Both the position numbers and the translations under genes were made by a program. From a virus: a stretch of 64,000 nucleotides of DNA. The stretch lies in IMG/VR virus record IMGVR_UViG_3300026488_000010. The stretch is one strand, 5' to 3'. Within the stretch, counting starts at the first letter, position 1. The number at the start of each line of letters is the position of its first letter. Under the pieces are notes generated by a model. It was not told the DNA's origin and made no database searches. It saw nothing but the letters and a program-made list of their open reading frames with translations. Below, in pieces: positions 39,040-49,150 of this stretch.

Positions 39040-42000
39040 TATATATCAGATATTAAACCTGCGCCTTTAAAATATGTCTTAACCATATCTAAAGATGTTA
39101 AATCAGCTTTATCTATTTCGACATCCAATTCATCTGGGATTTCATTGGTTCTTAAAATAGTGTTTAACATTTGTCTCTTTGCTTTACCGGCATCTGATTT
39201 CATCGCGTGCATCTCTTTAATAAGATTATATGGTCTTTTAGATAATAATGAATTAATATCATATAAACCAATTTTAGTTGCACCTGTTCCATCTTTAGTT
39301 CCTGAACGTCCTTGACCAGTAATCCAATTTTTACCTGTTGCTAATGAACCACGTGTACTAGACATTGCTTGTGGAAAATGTTCCAACATATTGATTGGGA
39401 GAATCCCAACGGGAACTGATCTTTGAGTAACAATACCATTATTTTCAACAATTTTAACTTTTTCGTTTAAAGGTATACCCAACACATCTGCTGCTTTTTG
39501 TATATCAGCCATTTTAATTTGATTCTTAAATGGTGGAACAATTGCTGGAAATGCTGGATTATTTAAAGCATCTGAATTATTAATAATTTTAATAATTTCA
39601 GCATTTGGCTTCTTAAAAAATTCATCTAATTGATTAATGATCATATGATCATCAGTTGCGTCTAGATTTGCAAAAACCTCTTTAACTATTTTCTTTATAC
39701 CTAACACTTTTTTAGATTTTGCTAAATCCATAACTGCTAAGTTCAAAAAGTATATAACTTTTCCTAAGTACATTGATAATAAAATTGATGGATTCTTTCT
39801 AGAAATAATTGATAATGGTGTACCAATAAATTCAATTTTTAAACCAGTTTCTTCTGCTATTGGTTCTTGACCATGTTTCATAATATATTGAACTGTACCT
39901 TTACCACCAGAACTGGTTAGAGTAAATTTTGAACCATTAATTACAGGGTTATGTCTTTCAATATAAACCTCAATAACAGCACCTTCAAATTCTTCACCAT
40001 TGAGTTTATGTCCACCAATTGTTAACGTTTCTACATTTTCTAAATGTCCAATACAATCAGCAGCACCTAAACCTTTAGTATCTTCTTCAATACCTTTAAA
40101 TTGTTTTAAACATGCATCTTGTTTATTTTGAATCTCTTCAGTTACTTTTTTATGTAAAGATAAAATTTGTTTATTTATTTTACGAGTATTTAATTTAACA
40201 ACAACTTCTTTAATAACACCACCAGGTGATAAATATGATTTAGTTAAACCATCAACAACTAATCCGATCATTAGAGAATCATCTTCTTCATTGTCAGAAT
40301 CATCTATAAATGTTTCCGATGTATTAAATTTAATTAACACATCTCCAGCGTTCGTTTTTGAACCTTGATTAAGATTAATATCTTTTAACATTGCATTATC
40401 TGGAAATTTAATAGTTATTTTTTGCAAAATTTTGTTTGAATATTTTGTATCTAATGTATCAGATACAACCCAACCATCTTCATAATTCATTCCCATATAA
40501 CCCATTTCAGCAACTACTAGGTTTTTACCGATAGCGAGCTTCTGATGCTTCAAAGAATCAGTTACTGCTATCATTTGACCTTCTTCAATCTTTTGTCCTT
40601 TGTTTATAAGAACGTTGTAATTAGTTGCTATGTATATACCGCGCTTAGTACGCGATTTAACTGGCTTTATAGAGAAGGTTTCTGTTTCACCGTCATTGTA
40701 TTTGACTTTAACAATTTCATCTGTTACAGCGCTTATAACACCTGCTTTACGAGCCTTCTTCACAAATCTATCAGAAACTAAATGTGGAACATATGCTTCA
40801 AACCCTGTCTGAACCAATGCAACATCAGGTTTCTCAAGTTGTATAAACTGAGCTGTTTGTTGATTACCCATTACTCTACGAGTAGTGTCATCATATTCAA
40901 AGAATGGTGATAATGATTCAACAGGACTCAGATTCTCAAAAGGATTAGAATCGTTAGAGAAAGGCTTCTTAGAAATGTTTCCAAATCTATCATCAATCAT
41001 TGCACCGTTAGTAAGCGTTTGATTAATACCAATACCACCATACTCATTAGTTGCGGTTGGAGCCATTACACCAAAATATGATGGATTTAAATCTCTACGA
41101 TTAAGAGTTACTTGTGATTTAAGAGTATTACCAATACCCGTCTTAGTAACTTTTAAACTTAGCATCATCTCTTCTAAAGGGTTTAGTGTTTTAGTATATT
41201 GTAATATACCAGCATCTAAAAGATTTTTAATAATAAAATCATTTTGCATATATATTTTTTCATTTGATAAATGCTTTCTTGTTTTAAATTTAGAAATTGC
41301 TTGATGCATCTGATTATATGCAACTGATGTGATTGTCTCAGACATTCTCAATCTATAATTATCTAAATCATATTGTGATTTAGCTGATCGAGTACCTAGT
41401 AGTTCTACCATTTCGTTTGAGAATATTCCAGCTAGATCAGTACTTTGACCAGCATCTTGAAGTATTTTTTTAGTCGAACCATCAATAAATTTATACTCTA
41501 TATCATATAAATTCTTTGCAAATCTTGCACCTTGTTTATGTTCGATAATATCTAACATTGTTTGAGCCAATGCTTCAATTGTTGGCTCAAAATCTCTATC
41601 TTTTATTTTATAAGTGTTAAGACCATTTGCATAATTCCATTGCTCTGTTGTGTTTGGGTACAAACATAAATATTGTCTCTCATCATTATGTTTAAAATTC
41701 ATTACAATTCCAGCTTCATTATCTTTACGATCCTTAAACTGATATTTTAAATTCATTATAGAAAACGCTTTCTTAGAAGTACTTCTATTGATTAATAAAA
41801 ATACAGATAATGGAACATTCTTTCCCATAATTCGCATTTCATAAAATGGTTTTGAACTCTTTGATTTTTTTAATACATCATCACCTGATAATTTATTGTT
41901 TATCTTATTATAAATATTAAATACAAAATCATTTAATAAATTTTTTGAAATATGATTTATATCAGAATCTTCTGTTTTATAGAAGATGTCATTTGAACCC

Positions 42001-42149
42001 TCTCTAAGGTAAGCATATTCAATAGTCTCTGTAACATTCCCTAAACCTGGTTTAGAACATGTATAGAATTGAAGAACTTGAACTTGTTCTCCATCTATGT
42101 TTTTTGTTATTTCATTTTTGAAATCTATAACATAATTGTATTTTGCCAT
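39039..42149 (-). CDS. rpoB: Phage multisubunit RNA polymerase beta subunit, main/C-terminal part
   Basis: RRVMGNQQTAQ (cf RALMGANMQRQA), VQTGFE, GMNYEDG, NGSKFT..SGGKG, FIGTPLSIISRKN (cf NPLGVPSRMN), GATKIGLYDI (cf GGQRFGEME). Confidence 0.9.
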   Translation of the reverse strand: MAKYNYVIDFKNEITKNIDGEQVQVLQFYTCSKPGLGNVTETIEYAYLREGSNDIFYKTEDSDINHISKNLLNDFVFNIYNKINNKLSGDDVLKKSKSSKPFYEMRIMGKNVPLSVFLLINRSTSKKAFSIMNLKYQFKDRKDNEAGIVMNFKHNDERQYLCLYPNTTEQWNYANGLNTYKIKDRDFEPTIEALAQTMLDIIEHKQGARFAKNLYDIEYKFIDGSTKKILQDAGQSTDLAGIFSNEMVELLGTRSAKSQYDLDNYRLRMSETITSVAYNQMHQAISKFKTRKHLSNEKIYMQNDFIIKNLLDAGILQYTKTLNPLEEMMLSLKVTKTGIGNTLKSQVTLNRRDLNPSYFGVMAPTATNEYGGIGINQTLTNGAMIDDRFGNISKKPFSNDSNPFENLSPVESLSPFFEYDDTTRRVMGNQQTAQFIQLEKPDVALVQTGFEAYVPHLVSDRFVKKARKAGVISAVTDEIVKVKYNDGETETFSIKPVKSRTKRGIYIATNYNVLINKGQKIEEGQMIAVTDSLKHQKLAIGKNLVVAEMGYMGMNYEDGWVVSDTLDTKYSNKILQKITIKFPDNAMLKDINLNQGSKTNAGDVLIKFNTSETFIDDSDNEEDDSLMIGLVVDGLTKSYLSPGGVIKEVVVKLNTRKINKQILSLHKKVTEEIQNKQDACLKQFKGIEEDTKGLGAADCIGHLENVETLTIGGHKLNGEEFEGAVIEVYIERHNPVINGSKFTLTSSGGKGTVQYIMKHGQEPIAEETGLKIEFIGTPLSIISRKNPSILLSMYLGKVIYFLNLAVMDLAKSKKVLGIKKIVKEVFANLDATDDHMIINQLDEFFKKPNAEIIKIINNSDALNNPAFPAIVPPFKNQIKMADIQKAADVLGIPLNEKVKIVENNGIVTQRSVPVGILPINMLEHFPQAMSSTRGSLATGKNWITGQGRSGTKDGTGATKIGLYDINSLLSKRPYNLIKEMHAMKSDAGKAKRQMLNTILRTNEIPDELDVEIDKADLTSLDMVKTYFKGAGLISDI

Positions 42150-42211
42150 AAATATTCCCTTTAATTTTTATTTTTCAGCATATTGCGACAGTGTTTCAGA
42201 TATGATTCAGT

Positions 42212-43804
42212 TTATGCTGATATAGTCATCTTACTATATTTAAAATCATGAAGATCAGATATACCATATTTTAAACTTATAGTATCTTTAGTTGCATTAT
42301 CAAAATTTTCAAGCTTAATTTTATTCAGTGCTTTCAATTGTTGTACAAATTTATCTTCAACATCAACGAATGAATTACTTGCAGATAGTTTTGTATTTTT
42401 CAATTTAAGAGATGACACACTAAAGTGTGTATAAAATCTTACAAGATTTGGTGCTACTTTTTGAATAGGCTTTGGAAATAATTGATTAATCAAAATGTAA
42501 TTATTTCCTCCAAGTTTTATATATTTTCCTTGAACGGGAACAGGAATTCTAAAACTTATAGTATATGGTTTATTAGTAGTTGCTCCAAAATCTTTGTGTT
42601 TGACTTTGATTTGAAACTCTTTATATCTATTTTTATTATCATCAACTATTTTTTTCTGAACAGATACGATCTCAATATCAACATCTGGATCATTACCTAA
42701 TGTGCTATGTATCAGATCTTCGATTAAATCATCTATATTCTCAGTTAATTCTAATCGCTGCTTATCGTAATTTCCAACCTCGTCCATTCCAACAATCTTT
42801 TGATCATTAAATGCACCAGTCTGTTTGATATTTAAAGATATATTACCATTGTATTTTCTATTAATATTTTTAGATAATTTTTCAACCGCTTCAGTGGTTG
42901 AACCTTTTTGATATAATGCTTGTAATTTCTCTTCAAATGTTCCAGTCAAAGGTAAAGTATTCAGATGTTCTTTAATCTTCTTTTGAATATCTTTAAGTTC
43001 TGAATCTTTAGCTTTAGATGATGATGTTACTAGATCATCAATTAATTCTTTTACTGATGTTTCTTTATTTGATGCTATTTCAGATTCTTCTTCTTCTGAT
43101 ACAGCATTTTTAATATCTTTATCTTTGGTCATATTTTTCAAAACCATATTTAAAATATTTCTTTGAAATTTTAATTCATCTTCTGAAGAAGATGAAGGAA
43201 TAGCTATAGGAAAATATTTCCCATCAATAAAATAAATAATACCATCTAAACGTGTTTTAATTTTTCCAGCGTTAAGTTTATTTATATAATTTAATAGTTG
43301 AAGCACATCAGCATTTGCGGCATCTAAATTACTTTCTGAACTGATAAATAAATAATTCTTTCTTTCAGGATCATAATCTTTAATTACCGATTCTATTAAT
43401 TTTAATAATTCAAAAAATACTTTTTTTTGAGATCTAGACTTAGCTGTCGATAATACGTCTGATATCATACCAGACATATCAAAAACATTAGTTCTCTCAG
43501 GCATTGTTTGTTTTGATGGTACTCTAGTATAATGAAAGTTTGGCATATCTTTTTTAAGTTCTAAAAAGTATTTTTGTGAACTTAACTTTTTCCCTAAGAA
43601 ATTTGAAATAATTCCAGGTACTGTAATTTGGTGATAATAACCTTTGATTTGAGTACTTAAGTATTTTTGTAACGCTTTATGTGCAACCCCCTGTGAAGAT
43701 GCTTCAGGAGCAAAGAAAATATTTGCTCCTACCTTTTCATCATCCCAAAAGCGAACATTAGGCAAAGGTTGTTTATTCTTTATAAATTTAGTAACTGATA
43801 CCAT
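42212..43804 (-). CDS. RNA polymerase beta N-terminal part fused to an extra N-terminal region
   Basis: C-terminal SFRIPVPVQGKYIKLGGNNYILINQL matches the beta N-terminal IP.MT..GTFIING.ERV.VSQL motif; adjacent to the main beta gene. Confidence 0.75.
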   Translation of the reverse strand: MVSVTKFIKNKQPLPNVRFWDDEKVGANIFFAPEASSQGVAHKALQKYLSTQIKGYYHQITVPGIISNFLGKKLSSQKYFLELKKDMPNFHYTRVPSKQTMPERTNVFDMSGMISDVLSTAKSRSQKKVFFELLKLIESVIKDYDPERKNYLFISSESNLDAANADVLQLLNYINKLNAGKIKTRLDGIIYFIDGKYFPIAIPSSSSEDELKFQRNILNMVLKNMTKDKDIKNAVSEEEESEIASNKETSVKELIDDLVTSSSKAKDSELKDIQKKIKEHLNTLPLTGTFEEKLQALYQKGSTTEAVEKLSKNINRKYNGNISLNIKQTGAFNDQKIVGMDEVGNYDKQRLELTENIDDLIEDLIHSTLGNDPDVDIEIVSVQKKIVDDNKNRYKEFQIKVKHKDFGATTNKPYTISFRIPVPVQGKYIKLGGNNYILINQLFPKPIQKVAPNLVRFYTHFSVSSLKLKNTKLSASNSFVDVEDKFVQQLKALNKIKLENFDNATKDTISLKYGISDLHDFKYSKMTISA

Positions 43805-43813
43805 TATAATTCC

Positions 43814-43857
43814 TTTAGTATATCTTTAGTATATCTTTAGTATATCTTTAGTATATC
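43814..43857. repeat. 11-bp tandem repeat TTTAGTATATC x4
   Basis: Read directly in the 5' UTR of 43804. Confidence 0.9.
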
Positions 43858-43920
43858 TTATTAAGTATTTGTTTACTTAACACTTTTAGTTCATTGTGTT
43901 TTTTATGTCTGAAATCAAGC

Positions 43921-43948
43921 ACAAGGAAATGGGTCATAGACCCATTTC
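43921..43948 (-). terminator. Hairpin + CTTGT terminator-like element
   Basis: Stem GAAATGGGTC/GACCCATTTC containing the TGA of 43934, then CTTGTGCTTGATT. Confidence 0.65.
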
Positions 43949-44215
43949 TGTTAATAATTGATAGTTAAACTTCTCAGCATCAAGTGCCTTTGATATTTTA
44001 ATAGAATCTCTTTTCATATAGTGAATTTCTAATTCTTTTTTTACAACTTTTCTTGCAGCCTCAATTTTCAATCGTAATACATCAACGTATGACATATCTT
44101 TAAAAATTGAAGGAGATACACCATAAAGATCATGAGTAGGCATAATCATTTTATTAGACACAAAATTATCAGAGATTGATGATTTCGAAATATTTTTTTC
44201 TAATTCTTCTTGCAT
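43934..44215 (-). CDS. Hypothetical protein
   Basis: 93-aa ORF with AAGGA SD. Confidence 0.7.
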   Translation of the reverse strand: MQEELEKNISKSSISDNFVSNKMIMPTHDLYGVSPSIFKDMSYVDVLRLKIEAARKVVKKELEIHYMKRDSIKISKALDAEKFNYQLLTEMGL

Positions 44216-44607
44216 GATAATCCTTTATGATATTTATCAATAGCGTCTTTAATATTTGAATCAAGTGCTTTCACAACACCTAAATTTATTTCTTTATTTA
44301 TATATAATTCAAAAGAATTTTTAATAAATTCAAATAATAAAACTGATGATTCATCAGCATCACCTGTAAATTTTAATTGTGTCCCTTCAAATTCTAATCG
44401 GCCAACTTCGATGTTATCAGCATTGTGAAATGTTAATGAGTTTGATGGAACAACTTCAAAAGCTTTTATTTCACCCTTATATGTTAAATCTGCTAAATTA
44501 AAACCATATTGATTAGTTATTGGATCAATAGCGTCCTTAGCGTCCTCAATCGCACATAATTCCTCATATGGTCCTTGATCTTTTAAAGAACTTAAAACAT
44601 GTTTCAT
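44200..44607 (-). CDS. Hypothetical protein
   Basis: 135-aa ORF in operon. Confidence 0.7.
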   Translation of the reverse strand: MKHVLSSLKDQGPYEELCAIEDAKDAIDPITNQYGFNLADLTYKGEIKAFEVVPSNSLTFHNADNIEVGRLEFEGTQLKFTGDADESSVLLFEFIKNSFELYINKEINLGVVKALDSNIKDAIDKYHKGLSCKKN

Positions 44608-44891
44608 TTTGTTTCTCCGTATTCTTTAGCGTATTCTTTAGCGTCTTTTAAATATACTTCACATGACTTCACCCATATAATTCTGGATGAGCTCTCATCT
44701 GGTAATTTACATTGTTCTAAACCAGCTTTTGCCATTGCCTCTGATGTATCATTACCATAATTGTAAATCAATATTGATAATATAAACGTTAACAGTACTA
44801 TTACAATACCGACAATTAAAAATTTTTTATTTTCAGACTCTTCCAATATTGATGTTGTTTTTACAGTCGCTTCGTATTCATTCATTGCCAT
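44604..44891 (-). CDS. Small membrane protein
   Basis: One TM segment FLIVGIVIVLLTFILSILIY. Confidence 0.65.
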   Translation of the reverse strand: MAMNEYEATVKTTSILEESENKKFLIVGIVIVLLTFILSILIYNYGNDTSEAMAKAGLEQCKLPDESSSRIIWVKSCEVYLKDAKEYAKEYGETK

Positions 44892-45582
44892 TTTTATTCC
44901 TTAAATATTCTAAAAATATATTTTGTTTACTTTTTATTAACTCGTTAATAAATTCATCTTCTAATATTGGATTATATTTGAATCCACATTGTTTTACAGC
45001 ACTTTTCTGACGAGTAATAAATAGATGTTTTGATATTAAATGTACTTCATGATATGTAAAAATTCTTTCGATACAATGCAATAATGCTTTTGCTGATGAG
45101 TCAATCTTAGACTTCATCTTTAAAGGTTTTAGAAATAATTTAAGTTCAGTGCTCCACATCATAGATAATAATAACGGCATATCTCGCTTATAACCTCTTT
45201 TACGTTTTATAAATGGTTTAGTTACTAATGGATTAGTTTCATCGTAATACCATACTTCTACGTCATTATATAAATCACTTCCTATGAATTCACGTTCAAA
45301 CATTTTTTGATGTTTAATATCTAATATCACAACTACTAGGTTTGAATATTGTTTATATTCCATTACCTGATAGTTAAGTTTTTTTAAATTATCTGCACAT
45401 GATTTGATTTCAATTGCACATGTCAAATTATCATCAACGACAAATAAATCATTTCTCGTTACCAAACACCCTTGTGTAAATTCATCATGTATGGTGGAAG
45501 TTGGGTAGCGATGTTGGAACATTTCTCGAGCAGATTCTCTAATTACTTTCTCATTAGACGCCTTAGATGCTTTATTTTTCAT
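44878..45582 (-). CDS. PD-(D/E)xK nuclease-fold protein (sce7726-family-like)
   Basis: RNDLFVV...AIEIKSCADNLKKLNYQVMEY. Confidence 0.65.
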   Translation of the reverse strand: MKNKASKASNEKVIRESAREMFQHRYPTSTIHDEFTQGCLVTRNDLFVVDDNLTCAIEIKSCADNLKKLNYQVMEYKQYSNLVVVILDIKHQKMFEREFIGSDLYNDVEVWYYDETNPLVTKPFIKRKRGYKRDMPLLLSMMWSTELKLFLKPLKMKSKIDSSAKALLHCIERIFTYHEVHLISKHLFITRQKSAVKQCGFKYNPILEDEFINELIKSKQNIFLEYLRNKNGNE

Positions 45583-46286
45583 TATAAATCACTTAAATAT
45601 CTAGGAGGTATTCTCATAGCATTAATGATTGCTTGTTGCGTATCACTGATAACATCAGAATATCTATCTAAAAAAGATGGAGCAATATCAAAAGTATTAA
45701 TATCAACTCTTGGACCAGTTACTATTAATTCATTATCAAAATATACAGAAAATGCTTTTCGTATAATTGCGATTTGTAAATCATCAACTTCATTATACGG
45801 TGGACAATATAAAAATGCATCATCTTTATTTATAATTTTAGATTCATTAAATTTAATTGCTCCGAAGACCATTTCCTGAGCATCGGTCTTCCAAACATTT
45901 AATCTATCAAGTAATGATAGATTCTTTTTTAAATAGCTGGGTTTGATATGCATGTGACCATGAAATCCTATCTTAACTTGACTTAACTTTGATAAATATA
46001 ATAAATCATCATATGATACAAAATCAGATGTTAGTCCTAAATCGAAGAATCGCAGATGCGCAACATCTGATTCATTAAATGTATGAGGTTCTTGACCAAC
46101 ATGTATTATGCCCGTACTCACAAAAAACTTAATTTTTATATTTGGATATATACTTATTATTTTTTTAATACCAATCACTTGAGAATGTAGACCATCATCA
46201 AACGTTAAATCGTAATCATCTAATTTTAGATCTAAGTACTCATCGTGGAACTTGTGTATCATTAACTCTGTTCTACTATATAACAT
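45582..46286 (-). CDS. Polysaccharide deacetylase (CE4/NodB-like)
   Basis: LTFDDG, IKFFVSTG, IGFHGHMH, YCPPYN. Confidence 0.75.
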   Translation of the reverse strand: MLYSRTELMIHKFHDEYLDLKLDDYDLTFDDGLHSQVIGIKKIISIYPNIKIKFFVSTGIIHVGQEPHTFNESDVAHLRFFDLGLTSDFVSYDDLLYLSKLSQVKIGFHGHMHIKPSYLKKNLSLLDRLNVWKTDAQEMVFGAIKFNESKIINKDDAFLYCPPYNEVDDLQIAIIRKAFSVYFDNELIVTGPRVDINTFDIAPSFLDRYSDVISDTQQAIINAMRIPPRYLSDL

Positions 46287-46295
46287 TATTATCCC

Positions 46296-46637
46296 TTAAA
46301 TAGATTTTATAGTTTTATCTAATTCGCCTAGATTGAATACTTGATCACGTATATCATTATCCATTTGATTAAACATTTCTTCCATTAGCTTTTCTTGATC
46401 TTTAACTACAACTGGATCTTTATCATTATATATAGCTATCAATTCTTTTAAATTTTTAGATAATTCATTATTATTTGAAATAGCATTTGCTAAATCACGT
46501 TTAGTACTATGATCAATGATTGTGCGAGTTTCAAAATCCAATATCAATTCTGCTATATCAGCCTCTGATAATTCAACCTCTAATCCACTCTGGAATCTGA
46601 TATCATATACATCACCACCTATATATTGTTTCGTCAT
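46296..46637 (-). CDS. Hypothetical protein
   Basis: 113-aa ORF with AGGAG SD. Confidence 0.7.
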   Translation of the reverse strand: MTKQYIGGDVYDIRFQSGLEVELSEADIAELILDFETRTIIDHSTKRDLANAISNNNELSKNLKELIAIYNDKDPVVVKDQEKLMEEMFNQMDNDIRDQVFNLGELDKTIKSI

Positions 46638-46681
46638 ATTGTTCTCCTATTTCATCTTTATATATTATTTCTATATTATCT

Positions 46682-46861
46682 TTTTCTATCTTAAAGGATA
46701 GAAAAAATAAGAATCAAGGAAAACGATCTTTAAAGATCGTTTTATAAATTGTCTATAAAAATGACTTTATAAAACGATCTTTAAAGATCGTTTTAGTTAG
46801 CATAGAAATTAATTTAATTTATTTCTATGCTAACTATTTTTCTATCTTAAAAGATCGTTTT
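46682..46861. repeat. Cluster of four palindrome-family copies plus inverted AGTTAGCATAGAAAT/ATTTCTATGCTAACT pair
   Basis: Copies at 46682, 46720, 46771, 46838; architecture mirrors 4127-4276. Confidence 0.9.
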
Positions 46862-46871
46862 CACAATAAGA

Positions 46872-47327
46872 TTATAATTGAGGAGTATATAATTCAAAGT
46901 GAGGCAAATCATTAAAAGATTGATCATCAAATCTATCATCAGAGTCCCAATCCAATCCAAAACGGACTTTATGTGTAATTAATCCTTCTTCAAACATCTG
47001 AGAACTGATCATACGAACCATACCCATTAAAAAATAGAATCTATTTTTATCAGCAATTGCTCCTGAGAAGGCATTTGTTCCTTTTTTGTACGGCATTATA
47101 TCAACAGCCATTGATACACCATCACCTCTATCCTGATGTCTTGATTTAATATCAACACCATTTATTTTTGATTTACCATCATTAAACAATTGTAATTGTC
47201 TTTCATCTGAACGTAATCCTTCTAATACACTAAAGTCATAATATTTAATAACTTCAGATAATACCATCTGAATGTCTGGATGACATGTATCGAGTTGTTC
47301 CTTTGATTTTCTTCCGAATGAGTACAT
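46872..47327 (-). CDS. Endolysin, peptidase M15 (L-Ala-D-Glu peptidase-like)
   Basis: Start at 47327 (AGGAGG SD); EGLRSDERQ..LF..GKS, SRHQ, AVDI, FGLDWD, DLPHFEL. Confidence 0.9.
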   Translation of the reverse strand: MYSFGRKSKEQLDTCHPDIQMVLSEVIKYYDFSVLEGLRSDERQLQLFNDGKSKINGVDIKSRHQDRGDGVSMAVDIMPYKKGTNAFSGAIADKNRFYFLMGMVRMISSQMFEEGLITHKVRFGLDWDSDDRFDDQSFNDLPHFELYTPQL

Positions 47328-47731
47328 ATTGTACCTCCTATTTTTATAAGGATTTGTTGGACACATTTCTATATTAACTTTAGAAACTCTAGAAACTTTA
47401 GAAACTCTGGGAAATACAAATACGTAGTATAGAAATCAATATAGTAATAAGAATATAATATAGGATTATATTCGCAATGAAACAAAGAAGAGAGTTATAG
47501 GAACTCCTAAAAACCTAAAAGTAAAAAACCGACGATGAATGGTATATAAAAAATCAATAGAGGTAAGCGAAAGCACTCAAAACATAAAACATAAAATGCA
47601 CAAAAAGTGTGGCAGTACAAAAGTACATAAGACCGGAAAATTGAACGAAGCAGTTAAGAGCTGCATATAAAAATTCCCAACTGGGGGAAATAAAATATAC
47701 CAGATTTTTAATTATTATAAAAGGATCAGAA

Positions 47732-48310
47732 ATGATGAAAGTAAAAGAAATAAGAGAATATTATAAACAATTTTTATTGCCTGTAGATAGTGATAGTGTT
47801 AGAAATTCACACGGTGTTGATCATTGTGATGATGTTTTTAATTTAATGATAAAATTGAATAAGAAGTTGGGTTATGGTTATAGTAATGAAATAATAGCAT
47901 TCGCTGCTTATATACATGATTTATATTCAGATAGTACCAATAGAACGATACATCATATATTAGCACATACATATGTATTGAATAGAGTAGATGATTTATT
48001 AAAAGAATTATCTGGACACGATTTATATCTAGTCGCAGATGCTGTATTAGAACATAGAGCATCATATACTGGTAAATTTAGTTCTAATCTAAGCGCATTA
48101 ATATCTGCGGCAGATAGAGGATTGCCTGATTATGATTTACATTACAACCGTTCATTGGTATACAATAATGGAGATCATGATGGAGTTATTGAGCATTTAA
48201 AAGATAAGTTTAGTAGAGGTGGTTACGCTACGAAGAAGTATCCTGATTTTTATATTGAGATGTTTAAAGAAGAGTTAGAAATATTTTGGAGTAGAATTGA
48301 TGCGGCATAG
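47732..48310 (+). CDS. HD-domain phosphohydrolase
   Basis: HGVDH, AAYIHDL, EHRAS, AADRG; AAGGA SD. Confidence 0.85.
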   Translation: MMKVKEIREYYKQFLLPVDSDSVRNSHGVDHCDDVFNLMIKLNKKLGYGYSNEIIAFAAYIHDLYSDSTNRTIHHILAHTYVLNRVDDLLKELSGHDLYLVADAVLEHRASYTGKFSSNLSALISAADRGLPDYDLHYNRSLVYNNGDHDGVIEHLKDKFSRGGYATKKYPDFYIEMFKEELEIFWSRIDAA

Positions 48311-48418
48311 ACGATGTATAATCTCTATGGATAAGTGCAGTTATTTCTATATTAACTTTGGGAAATCCCAGAACTTAATATAGAAATCAATATAGTAATA
48401 AAATAAAAGGAGACAGAA

Positions 48419-48541
48419 ATGTCAAAGAAAGAAATAGAATTAATAAAAAATTATAAAGGTCGTGTGACGGTATGTCCATCACATGAACCAATTAGAGAAA
48501 ATTTGGTGAAGAGATCACCAAAATTAACAAGATATAGTTAA
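48419..48541 (+). CDS. 40-aa small protein
   Basis: MSKKEIELIKNYKGRVTVCPSHE...; AAGGAG SD; conserved upstream motif at 48380-48400. Confidence 0.55.
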   Translation: MSKKEIELIKNYKGRVTVCPSHEPIRENLVKRSPKLTRYS

Positions 48542-48774
48542 ATAAGATAGGTTAAAATCCTATCTTTTATTGAAATAAAAGACAAGAAAAAAGCGATTAT
48601 ATAAACATTAATTTTAATGTTTATATAATCGCTAAATTTTTTATTCTTATGTTTTATGGATCTGCTATAAACCTTTTTAGATTTAATAGTCCTAGTTCCC
48701 AAATTAATTTCTTTGGTTGCTGTTAGATATATATTCATATCTCGAGTTTTTACAATTTTTTTAATCTTAGACAT
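48538..48774 (-). CDS. Small basic protein
   Basis: Start reassigned to 48774 (AGGA SD): MSKIKKIVK...ATKEINLGTRTIKSKKVYSRSIKHK. Confidence 0.45.
   Translation of the reverse strand: MSKIKKIVKTRDMNIYLTATKEINLGTRTIKSKKVYSRSIKHKNKKFSDYINIKINVYIIAFFLSFISIKDRILTYLI
48582..48633 (-). terminator. Long hairpin + TTCTTGT terminator-like element closing the tRNA operon
   Basis: Stem AGCGATTATATAAACATT/AATGTTTATATAATCGCT, then TTTTTCTTGTC. Confidence 0.7.
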
Positions 48775-48794
48775 AATGAATCCTGTTGTTTGTA

Positions 48795-48869
48795 TGGCGC
48801 TCCGTAGGAGAATTGAACTCCTGATACTACCGTGACAGGGTAGTGTACTAACCGCTATACTAACGGAGC
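48795..48869 (-). tRNA. tRNA-Asp(GUC)
   Basis: Cloverleaf, loop CT-GTC-AC, encoded CCA. Confidence 0.95.
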
Positions 48870-48870
48870 T

Positions 48871-48947
48871 TGGTCGTCCTTCGAAGACTTGAACTTCGGA
48901 CCTCACCCTTATCAGGGGCGCACTCTAACCAACTGAGCTAAAGGACG
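48871..48947 (-). tRNA. tRNA-Ile(GAU)
   Basis: Loop CT-GAT-AA, encoded CCA. Confidence 0.95.
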
Positions 48948-48963
48948 ATTAATGTTTTAATGG

Positions 48964-49039
48964 TGGCTCCGGAGGCAGAATTCGAATCTGCAATCTTCAA
49001 GTTAACAGCTTGCTACATCACCAGTTATGTTACTCCGGA
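48964..49039 (-). tRNA. tRNA-Asn(GUU)
   Basis: Loop CT-GTT-AA, encoded CCA. Confidence 0.95.
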
Positions 49040-49066
49040 ATATTTTTTGTAAGTATAAATACTTAG

Positions 49067-49139
49067 ATGAGGAAGAGGGTTTCGAACCCCCAACATTCGC
49101 CACCAAAAGGCGATGCTCTACCAGTTGAGCTATTCCTCA
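49067..49139 (-). tRNA. tRNA-Gln(UUG), CCA not encoded
   Basis: Loop TT-TTG-GT, U1-A72 pair, T-loop GGTTCGAAA. Confidence 0.9.
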
Positions 49140-49150
49140 TCTAAATATTC

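Noticed and set aside
48775-48906. 5' extension of ORF 48538-48906
   Set aside because: It runs through tRNA-Asp and tRNA-Ile; an SD-supported start exists at 48774
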